Positions 24,301-37,067 are shown, counted from the first letter of the whole stretch. The stretch is DNA of 63,751 nucleotides, filler included, from Lama guanicoe (GCA_013239625.1; 139 parts of 139 records of this genome joined end to end with filler, not necessarily neighbours in it); one strand, 5' to 3'. Notes: a model not told the origin generated them from the sequence alone. Numbers and translations are program-made.

Positions 24301-24659
24301 GGTAATTGGATTACTGTTCAGAGGTATTCAGCCTCTTCCCCTACTTCCGGGGAGGCGGAGGGGGCTGTTCAGCTTAACTAATGTTCAGTTTGGTCGTGTG
24401 ACTCCCTTTGGTCAACTTCCATTGTTAGCAGACTTGATATTAGTGGATTTGACACAACTGGAGATTTCGGGTGTGCTCACATGGTTGGGTTCAATCTGTG
24501 TGGCTTCCGTCATCACCCTGGGAAGAATATAGTCCTGCCTGGAGATGAGAGACACGTGGACTCCCTAATGTGTAGCCAGGATCAAGATTGAACCACGTTA
24601 TTTTGAGCTACTGAGATTTGGGGGTGGTTTTTATGCAGTAACAGCTGAGTGACTCACCA
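24301..24659 (+). mobile_element. MLT1-type MaLR LTR
   Basis: ggtcgtgtgactccctttggtcaa...gagacacgtgga...tattttgagctactgagatttgggggtggtttttatgcagtaacagctgagtgac. Confidence 0.7.
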
Positions 24660-25218
24660 NNNNNNNNNNNNNNNNNNNNNNNNNNNNNNNNNNNNNNNNN
24701 NNNTTAATTAATTAANNNNNNNNNNNNNNNNNNNNNNNNNNNNNNNNNNNNNNNNNNNNAAAGTATCCATTCAATGCCTCCTTAAACCCTTAGCTCTCCC
24801 ATCAGAAGCCAGTCATTACCAAACATAGACATACTAACCCCACTGCACTCCAGTTTCTATTTCTCTGGCTCCTGATTTCATCACTGCCTAGTACTTTTAA
24901 AGGTTTAAAACTCAGCAGGACCACTGGGGCACAGGAAATCAAATAAAGTGACTCAGTTAATCAGACTGAGCAACTTTTTCTTCTGAAAGGGGAACATAAT
25001 CGCAGAGACACAGAGAGATTGCAAAAAGCCTCTCCCAGGGAGGTAGCTGATGAAACACAGAACTGACATAATGGTTCACTGGTACCCTCCCTCTCAGCCC
25101 CGGACACACTTCCCCCCTNNNNNNNNNNNNNNNNNNNNNNNNNNNNNNNNNNNNNNNNNNNNTTAATTAATTAANNNNNNNNNNNNNNNNNNNNNNNNNN
25201 NNNNNNNNNNNNNNNNNN

Positions 25219-25530
25219 GTTTCTGTTTAGATTGCACAAGTTTATTAGGTCAACAGAGAAACAAGCTATAGCATGAAAGTCAAGGCAGTTGCTTGACACC
25301 ATCACCCAGAAGAAAGCAGAACTCTGAGGTCACAAGTGAATTTCACCGTCTCCCACTTCATGAGGTAAATTCAGGGAATTTGTAGGTTCCAGGGTAGGTC
25401 AACAACAGATCATACTAGACTTCCATGATGAAGGTAATCATCACCCAAAGGAAAGGCACAGAACGTGAGAGGTTAAGAATGGGGAATCCTGAGGTCCAGA
25501 TGGAGAGGATGAGAGTCTCCCATGGCGTCC
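25219..25530 (-). other. 3' UTR of the KRTAP6-family gene with AATAAA
   Basis: Follows the stop codon. AATAAA is on the minus strand at 25246-25241. Confidence 0.75.
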
Positions 25531-25577
25531 TCAATAGTAGTAGCCAAAGCCAGAGCCACAGCCAGAGCCACACCCAT
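25531..25577 (-). CDS. C-terminus of a high glycine-tyrosine keratin-associated protein, KRTAP6 family
   Basis: Reads (Y)GCGSGCGSGFGYYY* with TGA at 25533-25531, matching the KRTAP6 end GCGSGYGSGFGYYY. The paralogue cannot be resolved. Confidence 0.85.
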
Positions 25578-26595
25578 NNNNNNNNNNNNNNNNNNNNNNN
25601 NNNNNNNNNNNNNNNNNNNNNTTAATTAATTAANNNNNNNNNNNNNNNNNNNNNNNNNNNNNNNNNNNNNNNNNNNNGGGGTGAAGGTGCCCGGTGGCTC
25701 TGGACTGGCCTCCCCGCCATCCTCTTGCTCTGCCTCCCTTGTGAGCTGCCCTCACTCTCACTTGGTAGCAAGTGGAGAGCAGACATCTCCCCGCTCCCCT
25801 GCAGCCAGATCTTTCCTTCCACTTCACTGGCCCGTTTGGGGGACATGCTCCTTCCTGCACCATCACCGACCAGGACAGGGAGCCTCCTGGTGACACTCAC
25901 AGCACCTCCTCCACCACTGAGGTCAGTTCTCAGAGATGGGTCTGGGCTCAGCTTCTCCCAAGGCCCACGGGACAGGCAGGCAGGAACAGAAACTGAATGA
26001 AATTGTGGTTCTCTGTCAACACGGAGGGAATCCATGNNNNNNNNNNNNNNNNNNNNNNNNNNNNNNNNNNNNNNNNNNNNTTAATTAATTAANNNNNNNN
26101 NNNNNNNNNNNNNNNNNNNNNNNNNNNNNNNNNNNNTCTCCTCACTTGGCTGCCTAGTGAATAAACCCCTTCTCTGCTGCAAACTTTGGCATCTCAGCAT
26201 CGCACAACAAACCTGGTTTGGTAACGCCAGCAGTTTTTGTCCCACATGTTTAAAAAAAAGAAGAAAGCCTAGAGAATTGAGAAAAATACATCTATAGATG
26301 TAAAATCCAAATTTTTACATGGATTTTGTTATGCTTTGTCTACAATTCCCAGTTTTGAATGTACAGTTAAGTGCAAGTTAATTACATAATAAAACACATA
26401 ACCACATTTCATAATTCAAACCCATCAAAGTTGACCCTGCCTAGGATTCACCTTGAGGTTTTCTCAGTAATTACCGCACTGCTATGCTGCCCTTANNNNN
26501 NNNNNNNNNNNNNNNNNNNNNNNNNNNNNNNNNNNNNNNTTAATTAATTAANNNNNNNNNNNNNNNNNNNNNNNNNNNNNNNNNNNNNNNNNNNN

Positions 26596-26760
26596 TTTTT
26601 TTTTCTGTTTCTAGCTTACTTCACTTTAAATGACAGTGTCCTGGTCCATTTGTGTTGCTCCAAATGACATTATTTTATTCTTCCTTACGGCTGAGTCGTA
26701 TTCCATTGTATATACACACCACGACTTCTTTATCCAGTCATCTGTCAATGAACATTTAGT
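26596..26760 (-). mobile_element. LINE-1 3' fragment
   Basis: gcttacttcactttaaatgaca...cattattttattcttccttacggctgagtcgtattccattgta...tttatccagtcatctgtcaatg. Confidence 0.85.
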
Positions 26761-27513
26761 TTTCTCCAATGACACTGCTTTTTACACAGGTTTAGGTGTA
26801 CACATACATGAAGCAGATATTACAGAGTCCTCTCGTATGCTCTGTTCTCCCTCACACTATTTCTTCTATTATTAATATCTTGCAGTCGTTTGCGACAAGG
26901 GCAGATGGATACCATGATCAAAGTGGAAGGCAGTTTTCCCAAAGTGAGGCTTATNNNNNNNNNNNNNNNNNNNNNNNNNNNNNNNNNNNNNNNNNNNNTT
27001 AATTAATTAANNNNNNNNNNNNNNNNNNNNNNNNNNNNNNNNNNNNNNNNNNNNTTGATGGCCCTGGAAGGGATCTTTGTCCTCATAGGGGAACGTGGCA
27101 CACAGGGTAGGAAACCACTGTCAGTGAGGGTTCCTTTGATCAGAGGCGACATGGTGGGTACTCACATCTGGAGCTGAACAAATGATCAGTCCAGGCAGGA
27201 GGCAAGGGCGGTGTCTGCTCATGATGGTGGGTGCTCTGCCGTGCTTGTCCAGCCTCGTCACTGGTCATTAAAGGACTCTGACAGCCAAGGCTTCAGGCTG
27301 CTTTCTCCAGCCCCAGGGAGAGTAGGAGCTCTGGAATGAAGCCCATGGACAGAAGAGACTCCCACCAAGACTCTGAATCTTCTGGGACCATCTGTGTCCA
27401 CTTTTTCAGAGAGNNNNNNNNNNNNNNNNNNNNNNNNNNNNNNNNNNNNNNNNNNNNTTAATTAATTAANNNNNNNNNNNNNNNNNNNNNNNNNNNNNNN
27501 NNNNNNNNNNNNN

Positions 27514-27629
27514 GTGAAAAAGATGAGAGAGATGATGGCAAAAAGAAGGCCTGATGTGTCTTGTCTGTTGAACAACCCCATGAAGATAAAATCTGTAGAG
27601 GATGTGTTGTATCCTTCCATGGATCCCAT
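27514..27629 (-). CDS. OR2T1: 5' end of an olfactory receptor, OR2T1-like (3'-truncated by contig end)
   Basis: MGSMEGYNTSSTDFIFMGLFNRQDTSGLLFAIISLIFF matches remembered human OR2T1 (GSMEEYNTSSTDFTFMGLFNRKETSGLIFAIISIIFF), including the N-glycosylation site NTS. Intact versus pseudogene status is unknown. Confidence 0.85.
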
Positions 27630-27757
27630 GATGGCGCTGTTGTGACCTAGAACCTTCCAAATAAAACCATGATATTTGCAGGAAATTAACATAGCATACA
27701 GACTGATTGTTAGGAAGTAAATTTCTAAGTTGGAAGAAAGCGTTTAAAATATTTTTT

Positions 27758-27872
27758 GCAGAAAGAGAGTCACAGACACAGAAAACAAACAGAATGGAGG
27801 AAGGAGGGATAAATTGAGAGTTGGGGATTGGCAGATACAAACTACTGTGTACGGAATAAATTTAAAAAAAAA
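27758..27872 (+). mobile_element. LINE-1 3' UTR fragment upstream of the OR start
   Basis: gcagaaagagagtcacagacacagaaaacaaac...gggataaattgagagttggggattggcagatacaaactactg. Confidence 0.8.
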
Positions 27873-28029
27873 NNNNNNNNNNNNNNNNNNNNNNNNNNNN
27901 NNNNNNNNNNNNNNNNTTAATTAATTAANNNNNNNNNNNNNNNNNNNNNNNNNNNNNNNNNNNNNNNNNNNNCTAGAGTTTGGTTTAGTTCATTAGATGA
28001 CTTTGAGCACCTAGACCTGACTTTAGGCC

Positions 28030-28165
28030 TCTTTTGTGCAAAGCGATTTGGTTATACATATACGTGCTGCAACTATTTGCTTTTCAGATTCTTTTCCATT
28101 ACGTGTTATTAGAAGAAACTGAATATAGTTCCCCGTGCTATCCAGTAGAAACAACTATTTTTTCT
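28030..28165 (-). mobile_element. LINE-1 3' end fragment
   Basis: ttttcagattcttttccattac...gaatatagttccccgtgctatccagtag. Confidence 0.75.
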
Positions 28166-28891
28166 TGTGTGAATTTATTTTAAAGGGAAACTATCGCCTG
28201 CCGTAAAGTCGTATTTCTAAGAATCTCTCTGCCAAATGTCTTTTTATACACCTAAAGCTTCCTGACATCCAGCATGTATGTAATAATGTTTTCCTGTCTC
28301 TCAGGGAAAAGATGGGCATAAATTGTGACTGTNNNNNNNNNNNNNNNNNNNNNNNNNNNNNNNNNNNNNNNNNNNNTTAATTAATTAANNNNNNNNNNNN
28401 NNNNNNNNNNNNNNNNNNNNNNNNNNNNNNNNCCAAACTCCCCTCAGCATGGATCTCACATAGCATAGGGTTGAGGGGAACTTGCCAGACTGTTCATTCC
28501 TACCAAGTGCAGCCCTTACTAGAGTGAGCAGGTCAATTACTTAGTATTTAATGCATGCCTACACCAAGCTGTGTGCTTGACCTGCTGCCTGTTACTGGGT
28601 CTCTTCTGTGCAGCCACTCACCCCATATGATGGGTGAAGGTGCCAAGGCTGAAATATATGTGTTAACAGGTATGGCCATGGTTACTCTTCCCACAGATGT
28701 GGAACCAGGATCTGAGTCCAGGTTGTCACACTCTAAATCCCACATACTAACCAGGTTGTTGACTTTTAAATGCAAGCCAATTTGTAGTTGGNNNNNNNNN
28801 NNNNNNNNNNNNNNNNNNNNNNNNNNNNNNNNNNNTTAATTAATTAANNNNNNNNNNNNNNNNNNNNNNNNNNNNNNNNNNNNNNNNNNNN

Positions 28892-29250
28892 AAAAAAAAA
28901 AAATGAAGAGGATGGAACACTCCCCAATTCATTCTATAAGGCCACAATTACCCTGATACCAAAACCAGAGAAAAACACTACAAAAAAGAAAATTACACTC
29001 CAATATCACCGATGAATATAGATGCAAAAATCCTCAACAAAATGTTAGCAAGCCAAATTCAGTAATACACAAATAGGATCATATATCATGATCAAGTGGG
29101 ATTTAGTCCAGGGATGCAAGCGTGGTTCACTACCTGCAAATCAATCAATGTGATACTTTCCATTAACAAAAGGATAAAAAAAATCACATGATTATCTCAA
29201 CAGATGCAGGAAAAGCACTTGGCAAATTCAGCATCCATTCATGATAAAAA
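28892..29250 (+). mobile_element. LINE-1 ORF2 fragment (RT N-terminal part)
   Basis: [21 protein letters not shown]...[45 protein letters not shown]. Confidence 0.96.
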
Positions 29251-31474
29251 NNNNNNNNNNNNNNNNNNNNNNNNNNNNNNNNNNNNNNNNNNNNTTAATT
29301 AATTAANNNNNNNNNNNNNNNNNNNNNNNNNNNNNNNNNNNNNNNNNNNNTATCCAAAAGAAAAGCATAAATAAGAAAATGAGTCATGTCATTAATTAAT
29401 TTCCCTTCCTTCCCCTCAAGCTACTCACTCTCTTCCAATGTATAATTCTACAGGCTTAGAAATCTATGCAGAGGGGCCTGCTTTACTCAGTGCATATAGA
29501 CTTAATTATATCTTAAATATATTACTAAATTGAACTACACTAAATCAGATATTTTATTCTAAATTTTGGTGGCCCTGAGTTCTTTCTTAAGGGCTTAACG
29601 ACAGCAATGTGTACAAGCAAATCAAAATACTTAAGACTATGATGTATCTTAAATACATGTCATGTCACATCATAGTAACACCGTGTGTTCATATTTATAG
29701 AGAATCTCANNNNNNNNNNNNNNNNNNNNNNNNNNNNNNNNNNNNNNNNNNNNTTAATTAATTAANNNNNNNNNNNNNNNNNNNNNNNNNNNNNNNNNNN
29801 NNNNNNNNNTTTTAAATATTTTATAGTTTTCAGAGTACAAGTTTTACACTTTTTCTCAAATTTATTCCTAAACATATTTTATTATTTTTGGTGCTATTAT
29901 GAAGGGAATTGTTTTCTTAATTTCAAATTCCTCCTTGCTTTTTTCTTTCTCTTTGCTTTTTAAACTTACCAGTAGACCTGAAAAATCACTCTATTGTAGT
30001 AAATAAACATACTCCTCATTCATCTTTACAACTGCACATTATTTTCTTAGTTTATGGCTTAAATTTTTCACAAGGGTTATGTATTTGTATAACTTAACAA
30101 AAAGTTGTTATTTATTCTGGAATATGTTTTTTAAAACGCTCCCATCAGATAATCACCTTCATCACTAGNNNNNNNNNNNNNNNNNNNNNNNNNNNNNNNN
30201 NNNNNNNNNNNNTTAATTAATTAANNNNNNNNNNNNNNNNNNNNNNNNNNNNNNNNNNNNNNNNNNNNCAGGTGCCATCACAGATCACGTGTCCTCAAAA
30301 ACAACCCGCTGATGCACCGGTCAAGTCGTCGAAAGGCACCCCCTCTATCAGGCAGCCAGAAGGCACTGGCAGAAGCAAGAGTACACAGATGTGACTGCTG
30401 TGAATCGAACCATTATTTGAGATCCCCAGAAAGCCACTAAAAGAGAACCAAGAGCTAGAAGTTAAAAAAAATGACCATCTTAGCCCCGTTTTACTAGATT
30501 CACGCACTTGGCAGATGTGAGCAGTAAGCCTTTGTGAATCCCACTGTTGCAAAGCTCTGAAGCATTTCATTTGTCACAGTCACTCAGCTAACGTAACAGA
30601 GGGCTCTGATTACTGCTGCAGCTTAAAANNNNNNNNNNNNNNNNNNNNNNNNNNNNNNNNNNNNNNNNNNNNTTAATTAATTAANNNNNNNNNNNNNNNN
30701 NNNNNNNNNNNNNNNNNNNNNNNNNNNNAAAATATAATTTCGCTTAAGTACTCTTTCCTACAGTGTCAAATACTGGGAAACAATTTAAGTAGGTAGGCTA
30801 GAAGATTGACTTTCAAACTCTGAAACCACACTGTAGAAGCAATATGAGCCTCTAAATATGTCTCCTATCCCCTGGCCTAAATCTGAAATCCCTTTAGCAG
30901 GGAAAAAAGAAAGCTTTTTGCTCCTAAGTACGGTACACAATATAAACTAAGTCCTCCTGAAAGAGGGGAACCATGGACTTCAAATGATACTAAATTATAG
31001 TCAATACAAGCTTCTTTGGGGATTCACACATTTTGAGGGTGACAGAACAGAGCTAAAGAGGCCTGGAGGTTACAGGAGCGAATGACCANNNNNNNNNNNN
31101 NNNNNNNNNNNNNNNNNNNNNNNNNNNNNNNNTTAATTAATTAANNNNNNNNNNNNNNNNNNNNNNNNNNNNNNNNNNNNNNNNNNNNCTTTGTAAGAAG
31201 AGTCATGCAGTCCCATTAATCAGGAGGTGCATAAGTGGGTTCCTGGGGATGAGGTTCAGGGCATAAGGTGCCAGACACAAATGCCTTGCATGTGTGATTA
31301 CTGATCTTGCTCAAAATGATCATTCCAGAAATGGGAAAACAGTCTCAGAGAGCTGAGTTGGCTTACATAGTCTACTATAAACTGTAGCACTAGCACAGAA
31401 TGAGGATCTTCTGTTTAAAACAGTTTTACTTACTGTTCCATTCCTTGCTAGTAAGCAACCTCAACACTATTGCA

Positions 31475-31548
31475 GGGTTTGAGCCAAGATGGTGGAGTGG
31501 AGAGACTCACAGCTTGCCCTCTCCCACAAATACATCAAGAATTACATC
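31475..31548 (+). mobile_element. LINE-1 extreme 5' end
   Basis: gagccaagatggtggagtggagagac...ctctcccacaaatacatcaagaattacatc, with a decayed YY1 site (AAGATGGCG). Confidence 0.7.
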
Positions 31549-31648
31549 NNNNNNNNNNNNNNNNNNNNNNNNNNNNNNNNNNNNNNNNNNNNTTAATTAA
31601 TTAANNNNNNNNNNNNNNNNNNNNNNNNNNNNNNNNNNNNNNNNNNNN

Positions 31649-32008
31649 AAATTACTTCTCTTTTCTTAGAATACTTTTTTGTTTGTTTAACTTTTAAATC
31701 TATCTGGAATTAAGTTTGTAGTGTGAGGTAGAGATCCAAGTTAGTTTTCTTTTCTGTATGGGGAGCCACTTACCCCCAAACTACTGAATAGTCCATTTTT
31801 TCCCCACATAGTTGAAATGCCATCTTATTATGCTCTTTGTTTTTGTATAAACACAAGTTTAATTTTAGACTTGAGTCTATTTGTGTATACCCCAGCATCC
31901 ACACTTTTATTCAGTGTAGTTTGATAATGTGGTTTAATTATGTACTAGAACAAATCATCCCTCTACTGACTCTTCTTTTTCAAAATATTCCTATTTTTGA
32001 ATTTTTTT
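31649..32008 (-). mobile_element. Old L1M ORF2 fragment
   Basis: tttaaatctatctggaattaagtttgtagtgtgaggtagagatcc...tactgaatagtccattttttccccac. Confidence 0.7.
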
Positions 32009-32108
32009 NNNNNNNNNNNNNNNNNNNNNNNNNNNNNNNNNNNNNNNNNNNNTTAATTAATTAANNNNNNNNNNNNNNNNNNNNNNNNNNNNNNNNNNNN
32101 NNNNNNNN

Positions 32109-32467
32109 GGAGGGGAAGGGGAAGAGGAGAAGTTAAAATAAACAACAAAGTAAAATGGCACACTAGGAAATACTTACTTTGCACAAAAACTGTAGTAATA
32201 GAAGAATGGGGGAAAAAGACATAGAAAGTAGATAGCAGATGTAACTTCAACCTGATAAGAAACTACATTAATGTAAATGAATTAAACATTCCAATCAAAA
32301 TACAAAAGGCAGACATAAATGGAACAGAGAATAGATGAACAACAGAGAATAATCAACGAAAAAAGTTGATTCTTTGAAAAGATCAACAAAATTGACAAAA
32401 TTTTAGTTAGTATTGAAGAAAAAAGAGAGAAGATTCAAATTACTAAAATCAGAAATGAAAGGAAAGA
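32109..32467 (+). mobile_element. LINE-1 fragments (inter-ORF/ORF2 start joined to later ORF2)
   Basis: acattaatgtaaatgaattaaacattccaatcaaaa...; gttgattctttgaaaagatcaacaaaattgacaaa...caaattactaaaatcagaaatgaaa. Confidence 0.85.
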
Positions 32468-33027
32468 NNNNNNNNNNNNNNNNNNNNNNNNNNNNNNNNN
32501 NNNNNNNNNNNTTAATTAATTAANNNNNNNNNNNNNNNNNNNNNNNNNNNNNNNNNNNNNNNNNNNNAAAAAAAAAGTTAAATCATTGCACTAAGACACC
32601 AAGTCTGTTATTGTTTTGGTGAATTTAAGTTCTACATCACAACATAGGGTATAGCAATACAGCATCAGTTTATATAGGATCTCTGACTGCTGAATACGTC
32701 AGGGAATTTCTGGGCCACCCACCAGCCAAAGGCTTTGGATGCCACTGGGTAAAGAAGTCAAAAGTCATGCAGCGTGAGTGTGAAGAAATTTCAAGTAACA
32801 CCCTCAACACACGCAAGTTATAGACCACCATTTACAAACAAGTTCAATTCTTTTAAATAATTTGTTCTCACCGCAGCATGATCCCTACTCTGTAGGTGAG
32901 GAAGCCCCCTTGCATATTAAGTGGTCCNNNNNNNNNNNNNNNNNNNNNNNNNNNNNNNNNNNNNNNNNNNNTTAATTAATTAANNNNNNNNNNNNNNNNN
33001 NNNNNNNNNNNNNNNNNNNNNNNNNNN

Positions 33028-33387
33028 TTTGTGTCCTTAGATACAAAGTGAGTCTCTTGCAGAGAACAGAAACTGGATATATTTTTTAAAGATATATTCT
33101 GCCAATAGATAGCTGTCGAATGTGGAGTTTAACTTATTTCCATTCAAAGTTATTCCTGAAAGGAAAAGACTTTCGCCATTTCAATCTTTTTTCCCGATAT
33201 GCCTTAAGTCCCTTGCGTACTACCTTCCTTTGTTTAGATGATCTTGGTAGCGACATGTTTTTATTCCCTTCTCATTTTCCTCTGTGTTCTACTGCTATCC
33301 TCCTTGTGATCGCCATGTGGATTACACATAACATTGTGAAGCTATAGCAATACTTTTGAGTTGATAACAATTTAACCGCCATGCCTT
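33028..33387 (-). mobile_element. LINE-1 ORF2 start / inter-ORF fragment
   Basis: tgtgtccttagatacaaagtgagtctcttgcagagaacag...ggagtttaacttatttccattcaaagttatt. Confidence 0.75.
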
Positions 33388-33959
33388 NNNNNNNNNNNNN
33401 NNNNNNNNNNNNNNNNNNNNNNNNNNNNNNNTTAATTAATTAANNNNNNNNNNNNNNNNNNNNNNNNNNNNNNNNNNNNNNNNNNNNATCTCACACCTTT
33501 AAATTCATTTATATCTACCACCTTCCATTCTCCTGTCAAAGAGCAGATACATGCTAACAATATGGCTTCCTTTTCTCCAAGACAAAAAGAGTTTTTGGTC
33601 ACCATCTCCAATAAACTTGCCTGCAGCGGTGAGTCCTACCATAAAAAACTTACTGCGTTGTTACTCAGCAGTGATTTCAGCAGGCTATTGTGAGAAAGGC
33701 AAACCTCCCATCCTTCCTAATTGGGAAGAGGGACCCTCCAAAGCGGGGAAGGCAGGGGCTGCGGTCCACAAATCCAGTGCCAAGCTCTGCCTCATGCTGG
33801 GACTGACCGCACGCCTTGCGGGGGCTGCGGACTCAGGCTCTTTGTGCNNNNNNNNNNNNNNNNNNNNNNNNNNNNNNNNNNNNNNNNNNNNTTAATTAAT
33901 TAANNNNNNNNNNNNNNNNNNNNNNNNNNNNNNNNNNNNNNNNNNNNCTCCAGTCAGTT

Positions 33960-34050
33960 AATCATCAAAGGAATTACACAAACAACTTTTTCAATTGCAC
34001 CAAACATAACAAAGCTTGTCAAATTTATTTTTGTACAAAATTTCCATGAC
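33960..34050 (-). terminator. Probable cleavage/polyadenylation site of an unidentified 3' UTR
   Basis: Minus strand: TGTA, then AATAAA (34029-34024), then a GT/T-rich downstream element (ctttgttatgtttggtg...gttgtttgtgt). Confidence 0.55.
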
Positions 34051-34688
34051 AATAATGAAGCAAACACCAGCGTCTGTCAGGCATCACAGTCTCTGCGTCA
34101 GTTTTATATTTATCCATCCTAAACTTGTCAAAATATCACGACCATCCCTAGGCAGATATGTTTGCTTGAGATTTTGTACGTACCTTTGCCAAAAGAAGAC
34201 ATTTAAACAATGTGCCTATTTATGAATGCTCAATCCTAAATGATAAGTAAATATAAAAGGAAATAGAAGTGAGAATTTGGGGCTTCACATCAAATCTTTT
34301 AAAAAAANNNNNNNNNNNNNNNNNNNNNNNNNNNNNNNNNNNNNNNNNNNNTTAATTAATTAANNNNNNNNNNNNNNNNNNNNNNNNNNNNNNNNNNNNN
34401 NNNNNNNATATAACACATGTAGCAGCTTATTTCATTTTTGAAAGAGGAATTGGAGAGCCTTTGAATAAAAATGTGAAAAGAAGTTAGTGTTCATTGCCTA
34501 CATGGCTTTTTGAAAAGGCTCTGAAAAAACATTCCATTGTGAGTTCCAAGTCCTCTTTCAACTCACCAGCGACAGTAACTGCCTGCAGAGCCATGTGATC
34601 GTCTTGACAGCAGCCAGGCCTTTCAGTGATTCCATTACTGTGGTTTCCGCAAGCTCTGTACACGCATTGATTAATGTTTTCCTTGCAG

Positions 34689-34767
34689 TTATCGCTGTGA
34701 TGATTTTGTGGTCAGTGACACCAAGCTGGGACTGGTACAGAAAGTCAGAGAACACTTACAGAACTTG
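34689..34767 (+). CDS. USP3: USP3 internal exon (end of ZnF-UBP domain; 3'-truncated)
   Basis: Acceptor ttttccttgcag, then YRCDDFVVSDTKLGLVQKVREHLQNL versus remembered human YRCDDFVVNDTKLGLVQKVREHLQNL. Not called in the ORF track. Confidence 0.93.
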
Positions 34768-35379
34768 NNNNNNNNNNNNNNNNNNNNNNNNNNNNNNNNN
34801 NNNNNNNNNNNTTAATTAATTAANNNNNNNNNNNNNNNNNNNNNNNNNNNNNNNNNNNNNNNNNNNNGCTGCTGGGGGGTGGCTGAAGCGGGGCTTGGAG
34901 AGTTGGGAGCAAGATCTCCCATCACCAGAGGCCAGAAGCTCTGCTCCAGCTCACAGCGGACCACCATGGAATCTGGTCCCCTTTATGTTGCCCCCAGAGG
35001 GATTTTCCCCAGAGGTGTAATTGTCATAATGAGTGAGGTAGTTACATTCCAACCCTTAGGAGTGAGGTGGAGTCAACCACTAAACATTGACTGGAGCGTG
35101 ACTGTCCGCAGAGTTATGCCCTGGACTGCAAGTCCTGGTGACACGGCGGGTTGGGGTGCCCCCTCGTGGCAAGCCCTGGAACAGCATACATGGGGGGTCC
35201 CACATGGAGGCTATTCCAGGCAGAATCNNNNNNNNNNNNNNNNNNNNNNNNNNNNNNNNNNNNNNNNNNNNTTAATTAATTAANNNNNNNNNNNNNNNNN
35301 NNNNNNNNNNNNNNNNNNNNNNNNNNNACAATCCAGTGGGGGGAAAATTAAATTGTTCAGAGTGCATTTTATCTTATGA

Positions 35380-35634
<255 letters not shown>

Positions 35635-36707
35635 TAATTCATTATGTTAAAGAGTCCCAACTATGGGTTATAATATTCCTGAGCCTTNNNNNNNNNNNNN
35701 NNNNNNNNNNNNNNNNNNNNNNNNNNNNNNNTTAATTAATTAANNNNNNNNNNNNNNNNNNNNNNNNNNNNNNNNNNNNNNNNNNNNCTATGGTGGAGAG
35801 GGTAGTCAGATTTTTTTTTAAATTGGGGCACAATTGTAACAAAACCTTACTGAGCAATCACAGATGGTCTAAGTCTAGGAGATACTGAGTTACAGTTGTC
35901 TGGTGGTAGCTACCGTTTCATCTAAAAATGATGAAAGACTGCATTTCAAGACATGATTCTTAAAAGGAGCTAATTTCCTTATTACTAACTCTGCCATCTC
36001 TGGGGTCAAGTAACCAGGGACAACTGTTCTTTATCACAGCTTAGGGATCGCGTTGGAGGAATGAGGAGAAGGTGAACTTTCTCACAATGTACTAGGTAAG
36101 CAGTTTGGGGGAAATTAAAGTTGTTCTGACCAATGGCATGGGGAAAANNNNNNNNNNNNNNNNNNNNNNNNNNNNNNNNNNNNNNNNNNNNTTAATTAAT
36201 TAANNNNNNNNNNNNNNNNNNNNNNNNNNNNNNNNNNNNNNNNNNNNTATATATATATAAATAGCTTCATTTGTACATAGTTATTTCTATATATGTAAGT
36301 AACTAAAAACAGTTATTAAAATATTTCCTCAATATTAAGGCTTTCATTAAAAACAAATATAGGAATTAGATTAAATTTTGTCATCAAAATTAATACATTG
36401 CTTTTGAAATCTAAAGTTAGGCCTCAAAATTAATAGATACTACTAAGCCTATTGGAAATGCAAATAATTTCTGTTTACTATAAAGCTGCTTCCTAATAAT
36501 TTGGTTTTTCTAATCCTCTAAATTGCCAATATTTCATTATATTACATTCTTCTACATGCTCAGTATTCAGAAATGTATAAAGTAAAACATCTAATAGTCC
36601 ATAAATCNNNNNNNNNNNNNNNNNNNNNNNNNNNNNNNNNNNNNNNNNNNNTTAATTAATTAANNNNNNNNNNNNNNNNNNNNNNNNNNNNNNNNNNNNN
36701 NNNNNNN

Positions 36708-37067
36708 TAGAGTATAATCTGAAAAATTCGGAATCACTGTGCTATACACCTGAAACTAATATAATATTGTAAATCAACTGTACTTCAATAAAAATAAATA
36801 AAATAAGTAAAAATATAAGTCAAATGCATAGAAACAAAAATTAGCATGGTGATTACCAGAGGCTGGGGTCATGGTGGGGATTGGAGAATGGGGAAATGTT
36901 GGTCAGAAAGTGCAAACTTCCAGCTAGAAGATGAGTAAGTTTTGGGATCTGATGCACAGCACTGTGATTATACTTTAAAACAACTGTATTATGTATTTGA
37001 ATGTTGCTAAGAGAGAACAGATGTTAAAAGTTCTCACCGCAAAAGGAAAAGCTAATTAAAATATAAA
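36708..37067 (+). mobile_element. Young L1 tail (to ~36810) followed by an older L1MA-type 3' UTR
   Basis: ctatacacctgaaactaatataatattgtaaatcaactgtacttcaataaaa; then atggtgattaccagaggctgggg...gttgctaagagag. Confidence 0.85.

Noticed and set aside
25678..26036. Several overlapping ORFs on both strands
   Set aside because: GC-rich sequence poor in stops; none resembles a protein I know.
29392..29401. Genomic TTAATTAATT resembling the linker
   Set aside because: No flanking Ns; expected by chance in AT-rich sequence.
34879..35227. Frame open across nearly the whole contig
   Set aside because: No recognisable homology or splice signals; plausible by chance in GC-rich DNA.
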